This document shows, in pieces, positions 45,075 to 57,712 of a stretch of 64,000 bases of DNA; position 1 is the stretch's first letter; the number at the start of each line of letters is the position of its first letter. A program made the position numbers and the translations under genes. The notes under the pieces were generated by a model that was not told where the DNA came from, did no database searches, and saw only the letters and a program-made list of their open reading frames with translations. Source of the stretch: Microbotryum violaceum (taxonomy: Eukaryota); contig CDLV01000004.1 in NCBI GenBank assembly GCA_001244265.2, forward strand, positions 3,162,001 to 3,226,000. The letters run 5' to 3'.

Positions 45075-48000
45075 CTTTCTCCTTTCCCTCTCCCCCTCTT
45101 CGGGGTGACTTAATTTTGACGCCGATTTGGCCGACTTGAAAAAGGAAACTCCTATTGGATGGACAACAACAACAACACCAACAACGCCAGCCATGCTGCT
45201 ATACCACCTCTTCGCCCTGACCCTCCCGATCCTCCCGGCCAAGCCCCCGCCACCACCACCAAATCATACTCCGCCGCGGTCGGCGCCCGCTCCGCTGCGA
45301 AGCACGGAAACGCCACCGTTCCGCGGCTCACATCCGTAAGGATTGCCCCGTCGCCCCGGCGTGCAAGTCCTGCGCGAGCACCTCGCACGCCACCCAGCAC
45401 TGCCCGGCCCGTCATGCGTCGAGCCCCAGGGACCCCCCACGTCACGTGCCCCGCAAGCCTCCACCGTTACCACCGCCGCCCCCGCCGCCGTGTCCAAGTC
45501 GATCTCCCCGGCCTCCGCCCACGACCGCACGACCAAAGAATGTCGAGTGGAACAGGATCTGGCTGCCCAGACTGAAGATCTGTCCAACAGAGCTCAGCCC
45601 GATTCTCTGTCAAAGAATGCCCGCCCCGAGTTCTCCTTCAATTTCCCTTGCAAAACTGCCACTCCTCCTGCCCCCCAGCCTGCCTCCAATCAGGGAATTG
45701 CCTACTCCCTAGTTGGAAAATCCTCCGAGTCCCCCAGCTCAGAGACCACCTCTCCATCCCCAAGCCCTCCTCCGGCCACGCCAAAGTCGATCATAACTCG
45801 ATCCAAGTCGATTGCCGCCCTCTCCAAGCCAGCCACTCGTGAAGCCCCTCCCACTGCGCCTGCCCTCGAAGCCTCCGAGCCGAGCCCCGAGCCGTCTTTG
45901 CCCACGCCGTTGCCCTCGGCCGCGCCCAAAGCCCAACCCGATGACGCCGACACTGACGACGAGGCCGACGAAGAAGCCAAAGACCAAGAAGCACCTCCTA
46001 AGGACGTGGAAGACGCTATGGACCAAGATGATGAGCACAACTAAAATCCCAAACGTGTCTTTTGTTGCTGCCAACGTGCAGTCAATCAATGAAGACCGTA
46101 AGCGTGCCTCTCTTTTCTCCAATCTCCGCTCCCATAATGCCGACGTCTTTCTCCTGAGCGAAACTGGCCAACCTTCCCCGAAAGGGTGGCCCAGTGGACT
46201 CAGGAGTGCCAAGACTTAAAGCTCTCCGCTCTTTTCACTCCTTTCAACAACACTGCCATACTTTGGGAGAGCGACTCCGTGGTCATTACTTTTGATCCCG
46301 AGTCGCCTCCAAACACTCTTCGTGCCTCTTTCTCTTTCCCGGACCGAGTCACCGACGCCACCTTTTGTGTGGGTGATTCAAAAGTCCGGGTTGTATCAAT
46401 ATACGCGCCTTCCTCCGACAAGCCAGACAAAAAACGCTTCCTCTCACACCTCAGCACCGCCCTCCGACAAGTTGTACGTGACAAACCCTCGCCGCCTGCG
46501 CTCCTAGTCGGGGGGACTGGAATTGTGTTGAGTCCCAGCCCCTCGATTCGGAGAACCAAAACGGAACGAATTATGGGGGTCAGGAGATGCGCGACCTTGC
46601 CACGGCCAACAATCTTTTCGACACCTATCGGCTCCATCATCCCAAAGGACGAGCCACGACGAATCACTCAGCGCCCGGCACGTGCCGTCGCCTTGACCGC
46701 ATCTATGTCTTGCCTGATTGGGTCAACCTCTTCCATGATCACAAAATTTGGGCTCCTGTCCTCAAATCGACGCACTCAATGGTTGTGGCACGGTTCCAAG
46801 TGCCGGGCGCAATTGACATCGGTCCGGGCAAATTCAAGCTGGGTTTGCACGTGATCGAGGGCGACGCGACCTGCGAGTACCTCACCTCCATTGTCCGCAC
46901 CCTTTACAACAAAGCCCTCCTCCAGACGCCCAACGATCCACCAGCAGCTTGGACGTCCACCAAACACCGCCTGCTGCCCGAGCTGCAGGCTCTGGCCCGG
47001 ACTTTCGCTCGGTTCCGTCGTGGCGGGTCGGAGCAAGAGAGGGCTGACCACTCGCGCTACGGCGCGGCCCTGCGGTCCCGCCTCGACCCATCTCTGGCGG
47101 GTCCCTCCTCCATCTTCATCCGCCTGCGCAAAGTGCGAGCATCCGACCTGATCCCTTCGCTCACGGTCAACGATGTTGTTCATTCCGGCCCTGTTTCGAT
47201 GCTTGGAGCGGCCAGCGACTACTTCGAGCGGGTCTATGAGGACCGCCCATCGATGACGCGGCCCTGAAGGCGATCATCGACGGCCTCGCTTCAACTCGCC
47301 TCTCCCCGCGGACTCACTCAAGCTCGAGGAAGCGTACCCGTTGGAGGAGATGACAAAGGCTCAAGCGGCGTGTAAGTCGAACTCTTCGCCAGGGCCTGAC
47401 GGCCTCCCGGTTGAGTTTTATTGCGCTACGTGGCCGGCCACTGGCCCAATTCTTCGAGACGTCATCAACTCGATCCCCACCGAGGCCCGTCAGCCTGGAC
47501 CTCTTCCCCGCAACACCGCCCACATCCATCTTATCCACAAACGCGGCGAGAGGGATCAGCTTTCGAACAAACGCCCCATATTGCTCATCAATGCGGCCGA
47601 GCGCATCATCTTGCAAGCCCACAACCAGCGCCTCGCTCCCTTGCTCGAGTCCCTGATCGGCCCAACCCAACGTGGCTTTGTTCCGAACCGTTGGATTGGC
47701 ACGAACATTGCTGAGGTCCAATGTCTCATGGACCCTGGACTTCCGGGCTCAACACCCGTGTCTGGCATGCTAGCAGTGATGGGCTTTGAAAAGGCTTACA
47801 ATCGTCTTTCCCACCCGTACCTTGATGCAGTCCTCTGCGCTGTTGGCCTCGGCCCAAAGCCCGCCAATGGTACCGAGCGACCTACACCAACCAATCTGCC
47901 TCGATCTTCCTCAACGGTTGGCTCTCTGCCACTTTCGACATCCTGTCGGGCGTTCGGCAAGGTGATCCTTTGGCTCCGTCTCTCTTCGTCCTGGCAATCG

Positions 48001-49777
48001 AAGGTTTTGCCTGTCAGATTCGATTGAGAGTCAAGGGCATCGATATTGCGGGCCTCCAAAACGTTTGCGAACTCCTTTTTGCCGACGACGCTTGCTGCGC
48101 ACTCCACAACCTCTCGGACCTCGACCACCTCAATTGGGCGATCGAGCTTTACGAACGGGCAAGTGCCAGCAAGCTCAGCAAAGTCAAATCTTTCCTCTAC
48201 CCCCTTGGAGCTTTTCGGGATCGGCCGATCGCCCCAGAGCTCGGGACCTGGCGTCTCAGCGATTCGCAGTTTCGCTACTACTTAGTATTCAGGTCGGGGT
48301 GGAGATCGCCGAGGATGCGGGCTGGGAAGATGCAAGGCCTCGACCGTCGCTCGGATACGCTCAATTCCGATGTACGATCTCCCATATGCAGCCAAGTGTT
48401 CGATCATTAACATCTACTGCTACACAAAGATCTTGTACTACAGCCGATTCCTCCCCGCGCCCAAGAGCGTTGTCAAGGAGATCGAGGAGGCCGTCATGCT
48501 CGCCATTCACGATCGGGCTTCGGATGGTACTCAGCAACGTCCGAAGGTCTCCCGGTCACGCCTCTGCACCCCTCTTGATCACGGCGGCTTCGGTTTGATT
48601 GATCTGCCTCAGCGTCTAGCAATCGATCACGCGAAGTGGGTCTTCCAGCTCCGGGCCCCGGACGGCTGCTTCACACACCACCTCTTTGACATCCGCATCC
48701 GCCTCCAGGCACCAAACGAACCAACCCCTTTCACCTTGTCCAGACCGGCCCCCGACCAGCATCGTTGCCCTTGGACTTGGATCTGGTGGGCTTACTTTTG
48801 CCATCCTCCCCCAAAGTGGGACCATGCGGTGAGAAAAACGACAAAACTTCTTCCTGCTCGTTGGGTCCGATACTTTGAAGCCTGGGCATTGGTGACCACG
48901 CTCAATCCCCCGGAACTCTCCAAGAGCCAGAACCTCGAGCAATGGGCGACGCACGTACTCTACTTCCCAGCGGGCCACGGAATACAACTCTCGGTAAACC
49001 CGACGCTTTTTCGAGGGCCCGATGGCGAGGTGATGACCCCGTCTTCGTTTGTGAACGCGTTCAAACGCCACCAAGTCTTCATCTTCCCCCCTATCTTCCC
49101 CAAGGGACACCAGAAGGTATTCGATCTGCCTGAGCAGCGCTGGAACGCTTGGTGGAAGGCTTTGCGCAAGGTTCGCCGGGTTCACTCGGACGCCGAGGAT
49201 ACCGGCCACCTTCTCTCCCTGGGGTCCCTCCATCCGGGAAGCCAAGTCGCCTCCCCAACCAGCCCACATCCCAACAATCGATCTACCTCCTGTGTGATGT
49301 GCCTCTCGGAAGCACCCGAGTGCCTGGTTCACCTCGCGGTCAGCTGCCCATTTGCCCGGCGCCTCTGGTCTGCTCTGTCCCCGACCCCCCACCCAGTCTT
49401 TGTGGACTTTGTATGCCCGGTCGTGTCTCGCTCGGAACGTCGACTTGTCGAACCACGAGTCCTCTTCTTTCACTCGATCTGGAAGCTCTGTCGCCGTCGC
49501 CGATTCTCGTCGGATCTTTTGGAACCGATCACCGAAACGGACTTCGAGGGGCTTCGAGCCTCTATTCAGGAGTCCAAGGGTCGCCTAGTGTCTCTGTAAG
49601 CCACCAACGGGGGTTTTAGTGGGTATGGTTGATCCTGGTTCAGGGTCAACCAGTCCTACACTACTGGCTTCTGCCAGTGTGCGTAACAGACAGCATTCCC
49701 TCCGACGTTTCCGAAGATTTCTAGGTATTAATATAATCATGCTGTTAATGAAGTCTATCAAATAAAAAAATAAAAAA
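45075..49777 (+). mobile_element. Near full-length L1/Tx1-type LINE (family B), frameshifted
   Basis: ORF1 (PPDPP, SYSAAV, CKSCASTSHATQHC knuckle; 45159-46044); ORF2 46028-49599 with APE (ANVQS, LSET, RRLDRIY), RT (PGPDGLPVEFY, QRGFVPNR, RQGDPLAP, LFADD) and C-terminal C..C..HL..C; tail AAATAAAAAAATAAAAAA. Confidence 0.95.
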
Positions 49778-50073
49778 TGCCCCGCGCCTCCAGCCTCCCG
49801 CTACCCTGGTCTGCGCTTCAAAGTTTGACCGGAGGGAGGAAAATGTCCATAAATGAGGTGAGCCTCAACCCATTTTGAGCCAAAAATGTCTAAATTTGCG
49901 GGCTGCCTAGCCGATTTTCGGGTCCCCAAAATGTCCAAACTTGCGGGCCGCCTCTGGCTGGGCTTTCGGGGGTCCTGAGCCGTGCGGAGCCGTGCGGATA
50001 GGGCACTCCGAGCTACGAGACCTGCGCATGCATTTAGTCAAATCGACCGCAGCGGCGGAATGCAGGGATCAAA

Positions 50074-50340
50074 ACCTCGTGAACGCCGTCCAAAGCATGA
50101 GACTAAACTTTCTTGTGCTCCCCTGTTATCCGGTTGGTAAACCCCTTTCGCTCCTCCGCTGATCCCAATTTGCCAAAGTCGAAATCGGAGGATGTCGTGT
50201 GAACGCATACAGCCAGGTGTGAGGCCAGACGCCGGCGGGGCCTTCGGGCCTTCTCTGATCTCGTCTAGTTTATCTCGTGGTATTTAGAGAGAAGAGGAAA
50301 TACCACTCAGATAGGAATTGGCTCGCGCACGGCGCTCCTC
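50074..50340 (+). ncRNA. Candidate structured ncRNA (unidentified)
   Basis: Nested helices with G-U pairs and a C(UUCG)G tetraloop read by eye; no family motif recognised. Confidence 0.3.
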
Positions 50341-50746
50341 ACCCCACGGGTGCCGGGCGCTTCCATCGAGTTATTACATTCCAATTCCCTTTCGTCCGGA
50401 TTGTCTGTATCTCGAGCGGGGTGGAAGGGGGTTGGTAAGATCGAGTGTCAATCGAGGTGTCACACACTGCAACACACCAGTTGCACTGTCGAGTCTACTC
50501 CTCTCTCGCAATTTCCTCCCGTCCCGTTCGATCGAATAGAAAGTCCCCGAGTGACCATGCTGACATGTTACAATCAAACAAGTTGAAGGACGTACACAAA
50601 GAGTTAAGTCCGCAAAAGTTGGAGAACATACACTAGAGAACTAAGTCCACAACATTACTTAAGGACGGAGGAAAAAAGAGAAGCAACAGACTATTCCTGG
50701 AATCGAATACCACGTTCCCATCTCAAACGACTCTTCCGTTCCCTTC

Positions 50747-52163
50747 CTAAACCTGGCGATCCATTCGTTCGAGTGTCTCATCCCTTCGTTGGCATGCCAT
50801 CGCTCCTACCAAAACGGCCCATGCGAATCTCATCGTCGCCCAGAGAAGTTTATCGTTGATGCTGAGCGCGACGACGTCCTGCCACAGCGCATGAACGAGT
50901 GAAACTCGGTGCAAAAGCAACTTTTCGGGACACGAACAGAGAGCCTCGGCGAGCTCGGTAGCCGTAGTGGGGGATGAGAAGGCCTCGGATGCGGCGCCCA
51001 TTGGTTTCGGAAGTAGTGAGGAGAGGAGCAGGCTGTTGTTTTGCGTATAGATGAAGGTCAGGAGCAGAGTGAAGGCAATCGCGGACGGGAGCTTGAGCTC
51101 GACGACAGGCAGGGCGATTCGATCGGGATTGTCATCGGCACTTGTGGGGGTTAGAGACGAGGGCAAGGCGGGGTGGTCGGGGAAGCCAGGTTGGAATTGT
51201 GGCGCAGACGACAGGATCGACAAGGACGAGGATCGCGAGGCGAAGAGGAGGCCATGCACAGGTACGAGGAGGACGCGTTCGACGTCGGGGGCACGAACCG
51301 CGAGGATGTGGGTCGGCGGAGGGGGCAGGCAAGTCGGCGTTCGCGACGAGGAATGTGCGAGCTCGGATGCGATCCGATGACTATCACTGGTCGCCCAAAG
51401 GTAGGCTGGCAGTTGAAGCGCGTTCGGGATCTCGATCGAGACATGGGTCGCAGCATTGAGGAGGAGGGCACCTATTCGAGGCGAATGAGAAGGAATTTCC
51501 GGTGAGAGGGTACAGCCGACACAGCAAGGTAGGTAGGAAGGAAGAGGGTCAGCTTGGGTTATTCCAACTCGATAGCGGGGCCTCAGATCCCAGGAAGTGG
51601 CGATCTGCAGTAGCGTCATCAACATGAGCCTCGCGACACTCGCGAACTAGTTCGCCGGGGCCACTATCAGAGTTTCAGATCCCGAAGTGGAGACTCGAGA
51701 GCCGCCGTCCAGTGCTGGCAGGAAGACACAGAAGAGAAGAAGAGCAGCACTGACCCATGGCACGCATCTGCGCGAGAACGTATCCGATGGGTACATCCGC
51801 GAGCTCGGCATCGACGACCAATGTTGTGCAGTCGACGTCGGCCAGTGGCCGAGGGCTGGCAGGCAGTTGAAGCGGGAGATGGACCGTTCGTGCCTTGAAG
51901 GCAGGCATCGCGTCCGGCGTCGACGCAGCGTTCATCGATGCTCGGACATGCTCGGTATGATGTTGATGATCACTCGGCAGCATTGCAGACGTTGCTTGGG
52001 TGCTCGACGACTCGACTGAGTAGCGTGATCGGACCGAGCGAGGCTGCGAGCTGCTGTCCGAGGACGACGAGGACGAGGTGGTGTATGAAGACACGCTGCC
52101 AACAGCCATGACGGTCGACTTGTTGGAGTTGATTCGGTGAGATCGACGCGATAGAGCAGGCAT
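50747..52163 (-). CDS. CLP1: Clp1 (clampless1)-like protein
   Basis: DAELADVPIGYV, PPTHILAV, LVPVHGLLFA, LPVVELKLPSAIAFTLLLTFIYT, VHALWQDVVALSINDKLLW..AW; the intron acceptor near 51630-51660 is ambiguous. Confidence 0.8.
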
Positions 52164-55100
52164 GGTGACAATTCAGAGTGACTGGCGACGCGACTACGGG
52201 GGTGTGAGTGGCGGGGTGTGAGTGTCGGCGGGGATTCCGGATACCGCGGAGTTTGGAAAAAGCAACGATCGGCCGAAGCGCGTGATCGGGAGTGGGCGAG
52301 GGCGGGCAACTTGAGCGATGGGGTGTATCAAGACGACAGCGAGACGTAGCTAGACGTGGGGATGTCAAGGTTAGGAATGAAAGAGAAAGAGAGACAGGAC
52401 GGTCGAGCTTTCTTCTCGCCGCAAATTAGGCCAGAGACAGGGGAGGGCAGAGTAGTGAGTGAAGGATGAAGGAATGAAGGGGTCGAGACGACCGTTGTCA
52501 GCGCAAGTGCCGACCCGCACCGTGCTGCGCCTAGCAGCGCAGCGCAGCGCCGACACGCCCGCGCAGGCCTGTCCGTGCGCGGGCCTTGTTTCTGAACCGA
52601 CGAGGTAGCGACAGGCATAAGCTCCTGAAAGTCGTCTCGATGAAGCCCTGAAGGGGTGCTCCTGTCTCGTCTGAGCCCAGCCATTGTGCGCTGAGTGCTT
52701 CACCGTTAACTCATCGTTAATCCACTTCGCTCCTTCATCCTGTTACCCCTACAGGGCAAGGTTTGAGCCGGCTGCGCTCAGTGCCTATTGTATTTGCATC
52801 GTTGCAGCTCCTTACGAAGGAGAGCGGACGCGCGCGAGGGCCTTTGGGACAAAATTGCAAGCTCATGCGCTGAGCTTGGCACGGTACGGGCGGTACCGAC
52901 CGACTTTCACACGGCGCAGACGGATGTCCCCGGGCCTTCTCCCTCGGCAGCTCATCTGCGCTTCAACACTCGTTCATGGTTGAGCAGACACTTGAAATGA
53001 GACTGAGGGTCATCAACCATCCTGTATTGCGTACACTGGAAGCAAGTGCTCGCCGACTTATCGACTCTTCTTCCAGCCAACCGGTGAGTCGCAGTCGCCC
53101 CAACGAGGACGGGAGAGTTGTGAAGTGAGGACACCCTAACAGGTGAGGCCAACGCGGTGGCAGCAACATAGAGAATCGACTCTCCATCTTGCGGTTCGAT
53201 CCTCGATCATGCCGCAGCCCATCTCCGACTTTCCGACGCACGGGCGTCGGGCGTCGGGCGTCCCGCCGATTCGAAACTCGAAGGGCTGTAAGCGATGAAA
53301 AGCACGTGACCTCTAGCCAGACGCTCGCGCACGGTCCTTTGATTAAGCTTGCTCGAGGCCTAAAGTGGCAAATGCGAGAGCATGCACTTAAGAAACGCTG
53401 AGATAGTGACTTGGTGTTTGATTCAAACACTTGCTCCCCTGCTCAATGCTGCATGGAGCGATCCCTTGACCATGACAAAGCCACTGGCCCGGACGCGCCC
53501 GCAGAAGATACCCAAAAACCAGCGGCAGCGGCTCGTATATCGCCGGTAGTCAGGACTGCCCGTCTCATCGCAGGCTAGTAGATTATCTTCCTCCCTTACA
53601 GCACGCACCTACCAATACACTTGTCCTTCGAGTCCAATACGGGATCTGGTGTCCCTTGCCTTGCTTCCAATCAAAAAAGTGCGACGCGCCGCGGCGAACC
53701 GCGCCGAGACTTCTCCGTCATGATCACGACTTGGCGCGCTCGCGACAGCAAGAACTGGGGGATCAGAGGCCATCCACTGGATCAATATCACAATATGGCG
53801 CCACTTCTCCAAGGTTCTGCCATGCAAATACGTCCTCTCCCCCCGCCAGATCCCGCACCTGTACTCGACCTCGAGCAGTGATGGCGCGGCCGATGCCGGG
53901 GATCGTTGTTTGGTGTGCATCCGATACTCGCACCATCCGCCTTCAAGCAGCCTACGTATAGCCCAGCCGGGGCCTTCTCGTGTTGAGACATGGCCATACA
54001 TTATGTGGCTGTAGTGCCAATGATGTCAAGGAGTCGTGTAGCGATATTGCCCCAATCTCTCGCTGACCAAGCTAGAACTCCCTTCAGCTCGCGGCGGAGC
54101 TCCACAAGGCGGCGTGCACGCCATGGCAAAATTATCGAGCAGGCAAGTGTGCGCATGCGAGCCCGCAGTGTGCAAGATGAGATGAATAATCATGTCAAGA
54201 TGCCGCACCGTCAGTAGTTGCATAGTGGAGCCCGGCAGCAACGAGCAGCAGCGGAGAGCAACGTTGACGGTCCTTTGCTGTCGTCCGCTCCGGCTCCAGG
54301 GGCGCGGTGGCCCCGCCGCGGAGCTGCCAGGGGCGCCGCCGGCGTGGGTAGTTCCGAGATCTTTTCGTTTCCTGTACGCGCGCAACCCATCTCCATGGAG
54401 CTCAACCAACCTGCTCCGAATCCGCTCGATCCTCGTGAAACGACCGCGTCCCACACTGGGGACCTGTAGGGACCTCTAAGGCCTCTACATGAAGCTATTC
54501 GGTTCGTGCCCGAAGTTAGGTGCGGGGCCCTGGGCCCTGGGCAGTCGGGTCGGGAACTGCCGAGTGTTCGACGATCCAAAAGCGGAAGCGGCCGCAAGCC
54601 AGGGATCACCTATAGGCGAAGCACACCCAGGAAACAAAGCGGGACGCTCATGTGCGAGTGCCGGAGTGTGAGACAAATTGAGATGCAAAGAGACACTTGT
54701 AACTAATGTGACCACTCAATCGCCCGACCGCGTGTCGGATTGCTCGCTGTGGAAAGACATGATCGTCAACTCTTCACAACGTTCAGGCTACTAGTAGGCT
54801 TGAGCGAGACGATACCTAGGCCTCGCTGCTCGTCGCACGACCATCTTCTCCTCCACGAATTTCAGCATCTTTCGCTCTCAACCCAGGTCGAGTAGCTTTG
54901 GTTGTGACCTGACAAGGTGCGCACCGGAGTGAATGGTCGTAGGCCCCTGTCAGAGCTTGGCATATAAATCGAGCTTTGACCTTCCCCGGCATTTGCGGAG
55001 CGAGCCGACCCTCGTGGCGCACACGGTCTCTTCCCGTTGATGGCCGACGAGATGTATGTCCCTCGTGGACTTTTGTTGACAAGGGTAATTGGATCTCGTC

Positions 55101-55338
55101 TTTCTGACGTTCACAACTTTAGGGTGATCTGGAATCTCGGGTTAACTGGTGAACCGGCTTCGCAGGGCAGTCTCGCACAGCTCTCAATGACAAGTGACGT
55201 AGCGCGCAGGATAAAGTGAAAATACAAATCTCATTTCACCAAGACCTATCGTCATAAAAGCAACTCCAACCCCCTCAATCGTAGCATCAAAAGCAGTTAA
55301 CCAGCCGGGCCTCGCGTGCAGCCGGGGGGATGCAGCGC

Positions 55339-57712
55339 TCACACCACCTCGTACTTGTCGACAGCAAGCAAAGAGTCGATCGAGAAGTCGACCTGGCTTT
55401 GGTCGGCTGGGTTCGTAACGGAGAGAATCTATGGAATGGAGTGGAATGAATGAGCGTTAGAATCACGGTGTGGATCGAGAATCATAGCCGCCGCGTGCAA
55501 AGGCCCGGGCTAGGATGGGGGGGGGGGCGGGGGGCGAAGGGGACTGCGATGCTCACCTCAACACCACTGAGACCCTTTTGGCTGACAAAGTCGACAACGA
55601 CGGGGAAGAAGGCATCGACATCATCACCGTCGACCTCGAACTCGAGACTGCCACTTGTTGTGCCGGCCGCAACCGAGACCTCGTCGATGACCCAATCGAG
55701 ACGAGATGTTTCGGGGTTGAGTGAGTAGGAGCCGTTCGAGGGGGCCTCCGACAGCGCAGGTTGCGACCCCGGTGGCAAGGCGATCGAGATGAGGACGTTG
55801 TGCAATGAGGTGGAAGTGTTTTCGAGCTCGTACTCGAGGTTGACGGTGCAGATGCCGTTGTCGGACGACGGCCAGCAGTTGACTGTGCAGCGGGACGGAT
55901 CGCAGAAAAGGGGCTTTAGCAAACAGGGGTGCAAGTTTGGGAAGCGAACGAAAAATGGGCTCTTACTTGAGATAGGAATGACTGACTCGTCGGTTCCGGT
56001 CATGCGCCACTTGAGCACGCCAAGACCCTGGCCGACGGGGAAACCCTTCTTGCCCTCCTTGAGCTTGATCTCGCCTTGCTGAGCCCATGCGTTTTTGTCG
56101 ACGTTCGGGTGGGTCTTGAACTGCAAATCGTTCGCCTTGTCGTATGATGATGGCGGGGGGAGGGCGATCACGAGAACGGCCTTGGCGGGGTCCGCAATGC
56201 GCAGATCAAGATCACCCCTGAGCGACAGAAAATCGACGCCCCCATCTCGGTTCAGCTCGAGTGTGAGGCTTTCCCGTACGACGAGGTGGACACTGTGGAA
56301 GCAATGAGATCAGCATAAGCTCCAGTAATCGCTCGAATGTAGACCAGCCAGGCGTGGACTGACTCTTGTTGCTCTGGCACCTCGAAAGGTGAAACGTCGG
56401 TGAGTGCAGGCGCGGCAACCGGGGCAGGCGAAGGTGCGGACGAGTAGTGCTGCTCTTGCGGTTCCTCGTGCCGCTGCATCAAGAGGGGTTCCTCTGCATC
56501 AAGGCCATCCAAGGCCTGTGCAAGGCCAGTATTGTTCTTGCCACCTTTGGCGCCCAACTGCATTCCCTTGGTCTTGAACGGCTTGGTCGTCGGTGCCGGC
56601 GCATGTTCCTCGTTGTATGATCGTTGCGGTGCCGGTGCGTCGTACGAGGGGGCCGAGGGCGTGTACGAGTTGTTTTGAGAGGTGAAGCCCGAAGACGAGT
56701 TGGTCGAATAAGGGTTTTGGCCGCGGCGAGTCATTTCGCGGCGCTGCAGCTCGAGTTGCTTGGCACGTCGCTTCAATTCTTCCTTTGCCTCGTGTTCCTT
56801 GTTCTTTTGTAACACCAAGTACGTTCTCAAAAGTTGTTGAGCACACATTCCCGGCTTCGTATGAGTGAAAACGGCGAGCAAAAGGCAAACTGACCCTGGC
56901 AATGATCTCCTGGATCTTCTCCTCGTGGGACTCCATCTCGAGTATACTCCGCACCTGCTGCAAGCTCACGTTCTCGCGCCATCCCAACGAAATGACCTCG
57001 TCCCACGCACTGAGGATCTCAAAGCTGACGCGCATCACGTCCATCTCGCCGATCGCTCCGCCGCGCCCGCCCGAGCCGAGTTCGGTCGCGATGCGGGTTA
57101 CAAGCGACAAGGTGCTGAGGTCGAGTAGGATGTTGGACTGGGTGTTGGTGATGAGGAGGACATAGAGGTCCTCGAGGGGCGCGTAGACGAATCGTACGCC
57201 GGAAGCTTCGAGGACGGTGTGCTCCGAGGTCGGCGACACCAGGCGAGGGAACGACGCGAGCAGCGACTCGAGCCTCGATCGCGGCAAGCCGAGGAACTGC
57301 CGGGACAATAATGCTGTGGTCGATAATGGGAATGTCGAGAAGATTAGTGCAACGAGCTTCGTTCGTTAGGGTGCAAAGATGTGGTTCCTTCGGGATGAGC
57401 GAGCCGAGCTGGGGGCGAGGTGGGCACGCGCCATCGTCCCAGTACGCCTGTTACTATGCGGACACGTCAAGCTGACCACGGCCAGGACATCACTGCTCCA
57501 TATGCTAGAGGATCCGATGGATCGAGTGAGTGTGCGCTTGCAGGCCCTGGTCGCCGCTGACCGCGTCCACGTCCACGTGCCTCCCCAGCGCAGGCCAGCT
57601 CCTCGCACAACCGGTCGAAACCAGTGGGGACAAGACTTACGTTTGCCCCCTTTTGTGACGATTGATGCGGCGAGAACGACCTAAAGGCGGAAGAGGTGGA
57701 GCGATACGACAT
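55339..57712 (-). CDS. RET2: Coatomer subunit delta (spliced)
   Basis: LLSRQF..RLESLLASFPRL..VRFVYAPLEDLYVLLIT..SNILLDL, MESHEEKIQEIIAR/NKEHEAKEE, FKTHPNVDK, VLKWR, VNCWPS; probable 5-nt first exon 57708-57712. Confidence 0.95.

Larger units (their letters stand above)
42319..49976 (-). mobile_element. Complete-ended 31-bp-TIR DNA transposon (copy 3), apparently internally deleted and carrying a nested LINE
   Basis: TIRs 42319-42349 and 49946-49976 (1 mismatch in 31), 8-bp TSD GAGCCGTG at 42311-42318 and 49977-49984. Confidence 0.92.

Noticed and set aside
50535-50552. GAAAGTCCCC resembling RNase MRP CR-I
   Set aside because: No complementary GGGGCT CR-V motif downstream.
52170-55300. Many short ORFs upstream of CLP1
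   Set aside because: No recognisable domains or consistent exon structure; treated as GC-rich intergenic/regulatory DNA.
57337-57348. GAGAAGATTAG resembling U6 snRNA
   Set aside because: Too short; it is the reverse complement of an intron branch region in RET2.
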